A DNA stretch of 55,305 bases, the filler included, from Catajapyx aquilonaris (taxonomy: Eukaryota), in NCBI GenBank assembly GCA_000934665.2. It is 4 parts of 4 records of this genome, joined end to end, with 100 filler letters (N's around TTAATTAATTAA, not from the genome) between each part and the next. Parts side by side here need not be neighbours in the genome. Positions count along the whole stretch, not along the records: positions 1 to 13,787 come from JYFJ02008002.1; 3 more parts are not named here. One strand, given 5' to 3'. The position numbers were made by a program, and so were the translations under genes. Shown here one piece after another: positions 1 through 11,646 of the stretch. The notes beneath the pieces were generated by a model, which saw only the letters and a list, made by a program, of their open reading frames with translations, was not told where the DNA came from and ran no database searches. How positions within the stretch are numbered: the stretch's first letter is position 1; each line of letters starts with the position of its first letter.

Positions 1-973
1 GCCACAAAACCTTCATTCTGAGATATGGGCTTTCAAAAGTTTGGCTTAATATGGCAAATCATACAAAACAAGGAACATTATTTGTGATTTTCTCGTGTTC
101 TATGGGGAATTTTTCTAACTACGTGATGCCCACTTGTGAAGCACGATGGTGGGACTTTCAGACACGTGCAAGCTCAAAAAACACAAAAGTGTGGCTTAGC
201 ACGTTATGGCACTAATCCCTTCAATTATTTAAAAGGCTGGTTGTGTCACTATTGCTTTAGAGCTGATAGGAAACGATCGATTTATCGATACTTGTACAAC
301 TTCATTTTCTCATATGAACACCAGAAGGATCAGCATGATTGACATATCTGTGGTCCACTGGTGTGATATCTGTGATATATTCATGCAGAACAGAATTTGA
401 GTTGGGTCGAATAAAACAGCGCCCGAATATGTAGGAAAAAATGAATTTTTGAAAAGTACTCTACGGTCTTACTTAGAGGCTTTCACCCCTGAAATGGTCT
501 CGGCCAAAAAACCAGTTGCAAAAACAGTACAGCTTATCCAATGAGATCAACATAAAACCGTCCAGTGTTTAGACTGTGTCGAATATATGCCCCCCGAGGC
601 CCGCCTCGGGTGGTTCAACAACTCAGTTTCTGGTGCAAATCCCTCCTCCATAATGTCCTTTTCTGCCTGTTAAGGTGTATGGCCCAGGAATATCCATAAA
701 ATCCTCGATATCCCGAATATGTGCTCGTCCCACCAGTCGAATTTCGACTTTCACAACCGTCTGGGGCTTTTCTAGGAGCTTGTCAGCCTGAACCAACTTG
801 ACAAAAATGTAGTCCGAAACTTGACGCATCCCCCTGAATAGGTCAAGGGCCGCCCGCGGGCGAGCATGGTGCTAAAACCAGGCAAAAATGTAGACGAGGA
901 AGCACAGATGTAGAGCAGGGGCTCTGCCTTTCTCCATTTTCGCGCGCTTCCCCTCAGAGGTCCGCGCCTCCAC

Positions 974-1010
974 TATAAAAATGCCACCCTTGAGCGGGAC
1001 GGGCTTCATT
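974..1010 (+). promoter_or_regulatory. TATA box and initiator-like site of the H1 gene
   Basis: TATAAAA at 974-980, TCATT about 30 nt downstream, ATG at 1095. Confidence 0.6.
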
Positions 1011-1094
1011 TCTCATCCAGCAGTCGACGAGGTAGCATCGTCTCCCGCTCGTCCATACTCCGTTCAACCGCTCGCCTCCCCTTGATTCGCCAAG

Positions 1095-1613
1095 ATGACC
1101 CATGTGGAAGCTGCAGCAGCCTCGTCCCAGGGCACACCCAAGCAGGAGGCCACCAAGACCAAGCCCAGCCATCCCAGCACCTCTGAGATGGTGAAGGGGG
1201 CCATAAAGAGCCTGGACGAGAGATGAGGCTCCCCCCTGCAGGCCATCAAGAAGTACATCGCCTCCAACTACAAGGTGGCCCCGCTCCTCAAGATGTACCT
1301 GAAAAGCGGCCTGCTCTCCGGAGGGTTGGTCCAGACGAAGGGGAAGGGGGCCAACGGGTCATTCAAGATCGGAGGGGAAAAGGGGGAGAAGAAGCGGGTC
1401 GGGGACAAGAAGGAGGCCAAGGGGAAGAAGGCAGCTGCGGTCAAGCCCAAGAAGGCCACTGATGGGGCAAAGACCATGAAGGCGGCCTCCAAGCCGAAGA
1501 AGACTCCCGCTGCCAAGCCTAAGAAGTCCCCGGCAAAGGCCACCAAACCCAAGACCCCCAAGGAACCGAAGACTCTCTAGCCCAAGAAGGCCACAGCACC
1601 CAAAAAGAAGTAA
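1095..1613 (+). pseudogene. His1: Linker histone H1 pseudogene (replication-dependent type, orphon)
   Basis: From ATG 1095: ...[66 protein letters not shown] then K/A/P-rich tail. In-frame TGA at 1224-1226, TAG at 1578-1580, about 5-aa deletion after NYKV, natural TAA at 1611-1613; intronless. Confidence 0.92.
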
Positions 1614-1721
1614 ATTGCTCCCGATGATGCGATGGGAGTAGGAGGACGATCCCAGGCCGACCCACCCACCACCTTTCGGGCTGGAGCAAAGGAGATTTTA
1701 GAAGAAGGACTATCAAAAAAC

Positions 1722-1758
1722 GGCCCTTTTCAGGGCCACCCAAATTAATCAGAAAGAG
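1722..1758 (+). terminator. Histone 3' stem-loop plus histone downstream element (HDE)
   Basis: AAAAC-GGCCCTTTTCAGGGCC-ACCCA (stem-loop 1722-1737), then AAAGAG at 1753-1758. Confidence 0.93.
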
Positions 1759-3355
1759 CACAATTATTATGCAAAACCAATTGTATTTTTCCACGGGTAC
1801 CTTCCCCACCAATAAAGAACCAATATTTCCTCTCCTGGTTCATATGGATGCGGGGGAAAGCGTCGTAGTCCACTTCGCATAGAAAAACCTGCCCATCGTG
1901 ATTGAGTTAAAGGTCCATAAATCCCAATTATTTGGTGGTAGGACCAGTTTCGTACTTTCCAAAGCCAGGGTTTCGTACACCCCGCCCAATGAACAGCGAT
2001 ATGAGCTCACCCTACCGACTGTTCCCTTGCAGCCACAGCAATGAGACCTCTGGTGTATCGATGGGTGAAAACGTGATTTTTGAACAGCAGTGACAACGTG
2101 ATTGCTCACAATTGCTCACCACGATCGAGTTTTCTCCGACGGGAAATCCTTCACATTGATGTGCTTGTTCCCATACGATACGTATGAGCATTGTAGAGGT
2201 AGTAAATGAATTCGCGAAGAACTGGGGTCAGTTTTGCATCCTTTGTGACCGAATTAAATCAAATAACGATTAGAGGATGTAACTTCTCGTGTAACCCGTG
2301 ATTTCACAATATGAGTGATTTTCAAACGCGACGTTATTGTGGGACCGTAATCCAAGATGTCGTCTTCCTCAGTTCGCATTGTTCCCTCCTTCGCTGCTGA
2401 TGGCAATCCCCAGTGATCATTCCTCAGGAGCAGTCACAGGTGATGGTGATGTCGCAACTCGCAAGTGTACCAGATGGGTCAGTGCTCGTGCCAGCAGTCA
2501 AAGATGATGATGAAGAAGAATATATTGAAGCTCTAGGAAGTGTCCAGCATTGAGACGATGGACGGGGTACAGGATGATGCCTGTTTGGTAAGGATGAGTA
2601 GTAATGTCCAAGTATTTAGACCCCAACAATAATAATTATTGATGTATTTAGTAAGAGCAGACATAATTGGGGACAGGAGGTGTGACACATGCAAGATTCA
2701 GTATGTTCAGTTTCAATAACCCTGGGTCATGCATGGCTCGCGAGAAAATAATAAATAATATGCTTTGCAGATATACCATTAATTTTGAAGGACCTAAATT
2801 CTTAGACATGTGACCGATGGAATGCCACACACGTTTTTCTGGTTACATTTCAGAGGAAAACAAAAAATTTCATAGCCGCACACTCCTCCAACACCACACA
2901 CTCCAAGCAGCAGCAGGAGTCCACAATGGTTTGTATATCCGCACATTCAAGGAACAGTAGGAAAAGCACATATGGACATGCGGTCAGAAGTGTACATGTG
3001 GTTTCTTCAAAACTAGTTTTGGCGCTACAATAGTTTGCTCTTCTAGTTGCCGTTCAACGGGTTGCACATGACAATCCACATGATGCTGTTGGACCAGGTC
3101 CTGAGCCTCCTACAGGTGAGGTGGATGGTGAGGTACATGATGTTATTGTACCGCCGGTAGTCCCTGCTGGAGGTGAAACCGTTGATCACTTGCATGTTGG
3201 CCTGCCTGCGGATGTTCAACTCCAAGCAGCAGCAGGAGTCCACAATGGTTTGTATCCACATAATAACATATTTACCTGATGCTGATGTTCCTATACTTGT
3301 GGTAATCACAGAACAAGCCTAAATATAATGCAAGGTTCATTAATCCTAAATCATG

Positions 3356-3722
3356 GGGGAGGCACGGTGGCCGAGATGGTAACGTCTCGGCTTGCTATGC
3401 GAAAGGTCCCGGGATCAAATCCCCACCCGGGAGCAAACCTTTCGCTTGCGTCATTGGGTCGTGACCCTTGCCTAAGGAGGCGTCTTGGCAACCTGACCTC
3501 CTGGGGGACTGCACCTGGCCCACCGCTGGACAATGCACCTGCACAAGTGTCCCCTCCCCAAATCCCCCTACCCTTACCCAATTTCCTAGTATTCCTTGCA
3601 CCGGTGATCGAAGAAAAATACAAGTTGAAAACTGTATGGTGGTCTGCCACCCCCCTATAACGACCTAGTAGTTGTATCACGGGGTAAATAAAATAAAATA
3701 AAATAAAAATAAATAAATAAAA
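3356..3722 (+). mobile_element. tRNA-derived SINE
   Basis: A box TGGCCGAGATGG, B box GGATCAAATCC, (TAAAA)n tail, TSD TAATCCTA(A/G)ATCATG at 3341-3355 and 3723-3737. Confidence 0.85.
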
Positions 3723-4038
3723 TAATCCTAGATCATGTCAAAATATTTTCTTATGTGTGCCCAACAACAGGCACCATGTGTTAGTGAATGTGCTACCTTT
3801 TTTCTTGCTGCATGCGTACTTCTCCGCATGTTGTGTAGTGATGTTCTTAAGAATTCTTTACTTTCATCTTTCATGCAATATGTCATTATTTTCATCCGGT
3901 CACTCTGCAATTCATTTTTGAATGAAGATCTGATATGCAACATGATGCAAGGCACACTAGAACCAGAGATCTTGCTAGAACAATGACGCTTTAGCATAAT
4001 GTGGAGATCACTGAGTGAATTGATTTTAAAAAGAATTC

Positions 4039-4454
4039 TTTTTTTTTTTTTTTTAATTACACCCTTGAAGCCTTCTGGCTTATGTAGGGGGGAGGTCTTT
4101 TCTACCATTTTCTAACTCTCCGGTGCTGGAATGGAGGGGGGGACAGTGGTGCAAGTGCAATGTCTCATGGCGGAGGCCGTGTGCAGTCCCCCAGAGGGCT
4201 AGGTTGAAAGACGACCCTCTAGGTGCGGGTAAGAGGCCTCCCACAAACGCCGCACCTCCTCCAGTACGGGGCAGGGATAGGGAAGGCAGGAAGCGGCTGT
4301 GGCCTACGATTAGGAAACAACTCCGGTATTCACCTGGGGGTGACCGTGGGAAACCACAGAAAACCACGGTCAGAGTTGCCGGCCTGGGGATTTGATCCCT
4401 GGACCTCCCGATTTGCAGCCGGATACCAAATCCCCTCAGCTACTGCTGCTTCGG
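4039..4454 (-). mobile_element. tRNA-derived SINE
   Basis: Poly-T on the + strand (poly-A tail), tRNA-like head at the 4454 end, perfect 15-bp TSD TTTTAAAAAGAATTC at 4024-4038 and 4455-4469; shares its body with 53809-54043. Confidence 0.88.
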
Positions 4455-4978
4455 TTTTAAAAAGAATTCACAAACTTGCATTACAATAATTGCTATGCAA
4501 CTTTGTGATCTGGCAGAAAAGCTGAACCATTACAGAAACTCATGTACTACACATGCAATTCCTACCTCCTAGCAACTAAAGTATTTGACTTGGACCATCC
4601 TGTACCTCAGATGTTCATTCATTGTCATGAAGCTTAACTGAATACAGAGTTCCAATGCAGTACGTAAGGCACAGAAAGTGTAATGCAATAAGTGTCACAG
4701 AACCTACTCATATTAAATGTAGGCCTCTCGCAGAGTGCTGGTAGGTTCCTGTCTTATCTTAATGTAGATTCTACTTTAAGCTTAGACAGGAACCTTTTAT
4801 TGTAGATCATCTGTTAGCATTCTTGTGCATGAATACAGGCCCAAGGCAATTTGAACTCTGCAACTTACTTTTCTTACATTTGAAACCTTTTCACATGATC
4901 TTCTGTGCATATCTTAATTGCTTTTGCATGTCCTAATTGCTTTTGCATGGCTTCATTGCACACCATTCCTCTCTTCAG

Positions 4979-6482
4979 CACGGCCTGCATGCGTGAAGCT
5001 CCCCATACCATGTGCTGCCATGAGCATGGACACTTGCATCATTTGTGGGGATTCACCTTCTATCTTGCTTTCAATCACTGAGGCACACCAATTAGATGCA
5101 TACTGTAGGGCCAGTATTTGGTTGCCGAGAGGTGGCTGCCTCTGTAGTTCTCATGTGAGAACTGACGGAACTTTGCAAGCTGGTGTGACATTTGACGGGG
5201 TGATCCTGGTGGCTGAAAACACAGAGGTGTCAGTGGATGAGGCTTCCCAGTTGTTCCAGGCCTTACCGTCCTATGCCCAGGCCAGGTCCTCATCCCCATC
5301 CTCATCCAATTCCATATCTTTTTTGCCTCACTTTTGATGATGATACCCTCACTGGTGATGAATACCTCACCCTGACAGGCCTGACAGATACCCAGTTCCA
5401 GCAGCTCCTTCATAACCTGTTTGGGGTGGTCCATGAATCTCCAGGGCGTTCTGTGCGGACTGCGCTAGGTGTTTTTCTGGCGAGGCTTCGAATGGGATTA
5501 TCTTGGCGACAACTGGCCACTCTTTTCCGACTTCCCCTGTCCACCATCCAATACACCTGTTCCATAGTCAAAGACACCCTTGTGACAAAGTTTGTGCCAC
5601 AGTATCTTGGTTTAGAAGTTGTGGCACGTGACATGGTCATCAGTAACCACACCTCTGTCACGTCACAAAAGTTATTTGCTGGTGGTGAGGCAGATGTTGC
5701 CCTTCTGGTATTGGATGGGACCTACATATACATAGAACGTTCTTCCGACTACCCCTCTGCTCGGCGCACCTTCTCGGTCCACAAACATAGGCCACTTGTT
5801 AAGGCAATGATGTTGGTGACAACAACAGGCTACGTAGTAGATGTGTTCGGTCCCTACCCAGCAGACGGGAAGAACAACGATGCCCAAATCACAATTGATG
5901 TGTGTAAGGCAGGAGCACTCACTTCCTGGCTCCACGAACATGATGTTGTTGTCGTGGACCGTGGGTTCAGAGATTCAACTTCTTTCTTGGCAAGTTTGGG
6001 GGTGCAGGTGGAGATGCCAAGCTTCCTGATCAAGGGGCAGCAGCAGTTTACGACAGAGGAAGCAAATAGCTCCAGATATGTGACCAAAGTTCGCTGGGTA
6101 GTAGAGGCAGTAAACGGACGCTTCAAGAAGTGGACGCTTCTACAGAATGTGTTGCCTAATAGTATGGTGAGGCACATTGCAGATTTGATCAAGATCACAT
6201 GTGCCTCGTGCAATGCCTTCAGGCCTGACTTCATTGCACCAGGAAAGGGGGGTGATGGTGAGGGTGTGGGCAGAGAGATGTTGTGCAGATTTTCCCGGAT
6301 CAATGAGCTCCAAGAACGTGTGCCGGTGTGCGCCAGGGTCCCCTGAGTAGTCGTGGGCGGAGCTGGGCCTTAACTGACCCAGCTGCTGTTCCAGACTTTC
6401 CTCGTATGGGGGAGGAGGACCTTCGTGGTCTGTGTCTGGGGGTGTACCAACTGAAACAGGCAAGGAGTTATGCTAGTGCATT
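4979..6482 (+). pseudogene. PIF/Harbinger (ISL2EU-like) DDE_Tnp_4 transposase, frameshifted and 3'-truncated
   Basis: N-terminal CIIC...CLCSSH; HTH (FLARLRMGLSWRQLATLF); DDE motifs LVLDGTYIYI, VVVDRGFRD, RWVVEAVNGRFKKW; LGVYQLKQARSY continues in another frame; frameshifts near 5300-5335 and 6320-6350. Confidence 0.85.
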
Positions 6483-6487
6483 TTATA

Positions 6488-7036
6488 CAGACGTTAAAAT
6501 AATAACTTTGCTGACAATTTTTGCCATGAAAAATATTATTGGACATTGAATATTTTGTGATGTTGCAATAATTCCATAATATATTGATATTACAAACTGC
6601 TCACAAAATGTGCAAAACATTACTGTCACTTCCTCGATCTTGATCACAAAGTTCAAAATTAGCTCACCCGTAACGTACTCAGTCGGACAAAAAAAATAAT
6701 CCAAAATGTTCTTCTTCCGTCTCGTTCTTGCCAAATATACCAGAAAAAAGTGATTTTGACCATTTCGGCGGGTGTTAGATCAGTGACAGGTGGGAAAATC
6801 ACCCTCGCTCCAGTATGCAGTGCATTCCTCGAGTGGGAAAGAAAGCTGAGTAATCAAAATCCGCAAAAACAGCACATTTTTCCACTGAGACGACGACGCA
6901 ACGGCGCCAAAAATTGTCTCAGTTATACCCGAGGTTACGTGAAAATGAGTCTGTACACAGGGCCTTATGGTAATTTGCCTGGGCCGTCCTTTCGAGTCTG
7001 TTAGCGTCGAGGCTGTTATATCCGAACTCAACTGTA
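6488..7036. mobile_element. Tc1/pogo (Tigger-like) non-autonomous element fragment
   Basis: Ends CTGTTATATCCGAACTCAACTG-TA; the terminus and the internal GTTATACCCGAGG...GTGAAAATGAGT match the reverse complement of 41149-41290. Confidence 0.5.
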
Positions 7037-7330
7037 TATGTATCGTACAGTTTTAATTTTAGCCCTGAATTAATAGAAATGCCAAATGGATAAGGACAAC
7101 AAAACGAATTACATCACAATACAATACTATACCGGAAAAAGTATTTAAAAAATCCAGTAGCTTTGTAACGGTTTGACCCTGACCACCCTATTGGTTGGGG
7201 GGCACCTTTCCCTCCCAGCGGGTTTAGGTTGTAAAAGCCTAAAAGCCAGTCTGTACTCAGCTTGGGACCAAGAAGGTCAATAAATACCAGTGCTCAAGGA
7301 ACCCACCTAGTTTTCTTGGTATGAGCTAGC

Positions 7331-7890
7331 CCAGTGGCCCGTAGTAGTGGCTGGGTTCGGGGGGGGGGGGGGGGGNGGGTTTGGGGGGGCGAGTGCGCGG
7401 TTTTAGGAGGAGTAGGTTTTAGTGGGGGCCGGACCTCCGGGGTTCTGGGTCTGTCGCGCCCTGCGCGGGCCTGGTTTCTCCGGGGGTTCGGAGCTCTTAC
7501 CGGGTGGGGCCGGTGGTGGTTTACTGCCCCCGGTCCCGCCGCTTGTTGTATAAGTGTTGTGTTGTGTCCGAGACGGGCTGTTTCTTTGTGTAGTTAGCGT
7601 TCGCTTCTTTCTTTTTCTTTTTTCCTTTTCTGGCATTTTTCTTTTGCCTGTGGGGGGGTGCCCCTCAGGCCCCCCTCCTGGCGTGACTTGTTTTCCCACT
7701 TTTTTGGGGCATTTCTTTTAAGACACATTTGAATTTATAGAATCCTGGGACGACCGTTTTTGGTGCGGAAGATTAGATTGCGTAGGACCCCTCAGGTCAA
7801 GCTTTTAGTGTCTAAGTTGGTTTAGGGCCCTGATCGGGCCGGAGGGCGATTAGCTATGCCAGGCCGCCCTCCTTAAACTTAAATTTCAAG
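7331..7890 (+). mobile_element. Insertion in the 5' LTR, probably a 5'-truncated non-LTR retroelement 3' UTR
   Basis: 14-bp TSD TGGTATGAGCTAGC at 7317-7330 and 7891-7904; absent from the 3' LTR; terminal hairpin GGAGGGCG...CGCCCTCC. Confidence 0.7.
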
Positions 7891-8170
7891 TGGTATGAGC
7901 TAGCTAGGGGCGGACCCGGGGCGAACCCTGGGTCGTCACAATGACGCCCAACGTGGATTTACGCCACAATGGCATCCCAGCGCTGTCTTGGGTACTGTGG
8001 TGAGTACACGACTCCGTGGTCGGAGGAAAGCGGGATTGCTTCCGATGACCTGGACACAAATCCGGGGGCTGTGTCAGCGGACCCGGATGCGCATTTTTGC
8101 GCGGTTTTGGGTGTTTACGCCCTCCGAATCCTAACCGTCGAGGTCGACGGGGACATGGAAAGGGTGGTAA

Positions 8171-8171
<1 letters not shown>

Positions 8172-8239
<68 letters not shown>

Positions 8240-8546
8240 TTGTGGGTAATGCTTTCACCCCTTCCGGGGTATATCGCATGAACCTTTATTTTATTTTCCA
8301 ATTTTTCTTTTAACTTCCACTCCGGTGCAAGGAATCAAGGAATTTGGGTAAGGATAGGGATTTTTCGGGGAGGGAACATGGGTGCAAGGTGCAATGTCAT
8401 AGCTATGGGTCATGTGCTGTTCCCCAGGAGGTTAGGTTGCCAGACACCTCCTTGGTGCAGGTCAGAGACCCTCCCGACGCAGGTGAAAGGAAAGTTCCCC
8501 AGGCGGGGATCGAACCTGGGGCCTTTCACTCAGCAAGCCGTGACCC
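8172..8546 (-). mobile_element. tRNA-derived SINE nested in the LTR element
   Basis: 14-bp TSD GAAAGGGTGGTAAA at 8158-8171 and 8547-8560; (TTA)n tail; B box GGTTCGATCC; body homologous to 3356-3722. Confidence 0.88.
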
Positions 8547-11500
8547 GAAAGGGTGGTAAAAATTTCTACCGCGACTGGTGCACCGGTTTCCGAATTCTTC
8601 CAGGGTCCGGTCTGGACTGTACGGAAGTGGCGCCCATAATATTGTTGCTGCCAAGAATAGGTATTCTTGGATGCAAATTTGATGCCCTGGTGGACAAAGC
8701 TATGTAGCACTGTGGCCATTTAGGGTCATCAGGCCATTGAATCATGCTTGAAGCATGAAATGGCAATCAGGACTGCGTCCATTGTTGGACAGCATGCCTG
8801 GTCTTTGTTCGCATCGGGTGCCGATGCTTTCGAGGCAGTCTTCGGTAGGTCCGAAGACAGGACTGCTGCATTGTTGAATGAAAGCTAATCTATTGTGGAG
8901 CGAAAGACGCTCAGTGCTGTTGGTCTCGAGGGTTGGAATTTGGGCCGCTCGAGGACCGTGCACGACCGTAGCCAGCGCGATTGGTGCTGCCCGTTATTAT
9001 TGTTGGGGGAAGATTGTTAATTTTCATCCTGATTGTTCCCAGAAAAATCCCTTGTGGGTATTGTACCTACGTGTATATAGAAGCAGGTGGTGCTTACTCT
9101 TGAGCTTGGACTCGGGTGACATGATCACTCTGGAGACCTGGAGGCTCGGGTGGCATATTGTAGGTCAGTCGGATGACTCTCTGGTCAAGGGGTCAAGACG
9201 TCTGGTGGAGTGGTGGTGTCGGTTGATGGAGCAGCCGAGGTTTATTTTGGCGTGCCAAATTGGCAGCGTCGTTGTCCTGGTTTTGAGGACCGCAAGGTGG
9301 GCAGGAGAGGTGTCAATGGGCTGTACGCCGGTTTGGCCACGTAGGCGGGGGCGGTTAACTTAAAGTGCCACCCATTCCTGGAGGCCTGGAGGACAGATGT
9401 CCAGTGCGAGGTCATAGGATTCCTCTCTGCCATGCCAGGTCAATTGATTCCAGGGTGACATAATCGCTGATAGCCGCATGCGGGGGCTGCGATTTTTAAG
9501 CGAGTTGTATCAACTCTATTGTTGCCAGCGGTCAATCTGATGTGCTTGGTGGGATACGAGCCGTTTACGGCACGTTGTTGAGTCTTGCCGTTCATCTGGT
9601 GTCCAGATGGGAAGACAGTATTAAATCCTAATTAGGATGACGTTTAGGGAGGCGAGTTTCGCCCGGAAAAATAACGCTGGCTGGTCTTTGAAAAAGTCAG
9701 CTTTTGGCGCCAAGGAAGCGTCGCTTTTCTTGGAGGACAGTTGACCTGCTTTTGCGAGGACAAACAGAGGGGATCCCTTTGTTAAGGGTCGGTCCGTCAA
9801 ACTGTAACAGGGGGTCAACCTGTTTTACAGTCCCCCTGCAGTAAGGCAAGGAGCCTTGTCCCCTACATCTGTAACTAATCGGGGGTCCCGTTGGAAAACT
9901 TTCTAGGAATGAATGGGATTTCATTGTTATGATTGTGCTTTGTGTGTGGTGAATTTTTTTTCGCGGTATGTGTTTCATGTTTCTGTGGACTTTTTTTTCC
10001 TTGAGTACGCTATGGTGTGAAGTTTAAGCATTTTGATCACTTATAGAGACTTTTTGAAACCAATTGAATTTTTTTTGTTGCTTTTGTTTGTATGGAGGGT
10101 TGCCTATCCTTTTTTTTCCTTCCCACTTTCTCTTTCTTCCCACGTGGTCCGACTTGGACCTTGTTTGTTTTGGTGCTGGCGTGTGGATGACAACAATGGT
10201 AACATCGAGGTGTGGCGATGGACAGTTCCGGGTGACACCGGGGAACCACGGGTCATGCTTGGCGGACATGGTCAGGACTCCAGGAGGGTGCAGGGGCGCC
10301 CAGGCGCCTGCCATGGACTGCAGGTGCACGGAAAGGAGTTGCTTGACATGATGCCGTTGGAGATGGACGTGGGTGCGCCGCCGGTGGGGGTGCTGTCGTT
10401 GCGCTGACCTCACCTGCTACGTGCGATTGTGGGTAACGGTTGCCGTCCTAGCAAGGGGCCACTGGAGCAGCAGGAGCAGCAGCAGAGATGAAGGAGCTTT
10501 TGATGACCAGCTGCAGCCCACCGATGGACCAGCATCGCGAGAGACAGTTCATCTTTTCCTTTCCCCTTCCCCCTCCATTGAGTTGAACCTGAGTGAACAG
10601 TAATTGTAATGGATTTTGGATTGTCTGGTGGTATTTTAATGTTCTGATTTTTTTTGTAGCCCTTGTCATTGTTGGATGTAATTTGTTTTTGTATGTAAAT
10701 GAGGTTTTCAAAGAGGGAGGGTATTGTAACGGTTTGACCCTGGCCACCCTATTGGTTGGGGGGCACCAGTCCTTTCCCTCCCAGCGGGTTTAGGTTGTAA
10801 AAGCCTAAAAGCCAGTCTGTACTCAGCTTGGGACCGAGAAGGTCAATAAATACCAGTGCTCAAGGAACCCACCTAGTTTTCTTGGTATGAGCTAGCTAGG
10901 GGCGGACCCGGGGCGAACCCTGGGTCGTCACAGCTTTATAACTCTACATAATTTTGGGCCATGGGTAAGAATTTCGATTAATTTCTTTTCCAGAAATTAT
11001 TTTGCCAGCCCCTAATCAAGGTCGAGATTTCATGTCACTCACACAACATGTTCTGACAAAATGTAAGTTTCACTACGACCAGTGCCATGATATGCCGCAT
11101 CAGTGGAACCTTTGCAGGTGCTAAATACCTATAGTTTGGTTGGACAAAAAAAAAGTTTGCTTAACAAACCTACGGTCATCATCTTTCAATTCTCTCCCAC
11201 TCTACAATGCGACTTTGGTTTTTAGATATTTGAAATCGTCAAAATAATGTAAAGATGCATCTCTTTAGGTACCTGAAAATAATGACAAAATTGCATGTGA
11301 ACTGAAGAGTATGGTATGGCATGAAGGAGATATATCCACATTTGGTCCTAATTCACTTCACGGGCTGCTCCTTTTTTTAAAAAAAAATGGCCGGATCGTT
11401 TGGTACAAGAAGGGCAGTCATCCGCCTGTGCCCGCGGATGACTCCCATTCTTGCCCAAACAATCTGGCAATTTTTTCCAGCAGGAGCAACCCATGAAGTG

Positions 11501-11646
11501 AATTTCGACCAAAAGTGAATATATCCCCTTCTTGCACAATACCCTTCATTTATTTATTATTTATTGGTAACACAATTTACAACCTTGTTTTTTGAACAAT
11601 AAAAGAGATCATAAACACAATGAGATCCCTCTAGATGTGTGTTGCC

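Larger units (their letters stand above)
7164..10932 (+). mobile_element. Non-autonomous LTR retrotransposon with short LTRs
   Basis: TG...CA LTRs at 7164-7940 (interrupted) and 10725-10932 (208 bp); 4-bp TSD GCTT; PBS TGACGCCCAACGTGG (tRNA-Lys-like) at 7942-7956; PPT AAAGAGGGAGGG at 10710-10721; AATAAA in the LTR; no recognisable gag/pol. Confidence 0.92.

Noticed and set aside
1275..1580. 101-aa ORF as a functional short H1
   Set aside because: GTG start in the middle of the globular domain, between two nonsense codons
3356..3430. SINE heads as true tRNA genes (also near 4454, 8546, 22430 and 54043)
   Set aside because: No proper cloverleaf; each continues into a SINE body, most with tails and TSDs
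7820..7880. Hammerhead ribozyme in the LTR insert
   Set aside because: No CTGANGA...GAAA core
9560..9700. Minus-strand LINE RT-like words (LASLNV, YCLPIWTP) inside the LTR element
   Set aside because: Too short and interrupted to support without a search
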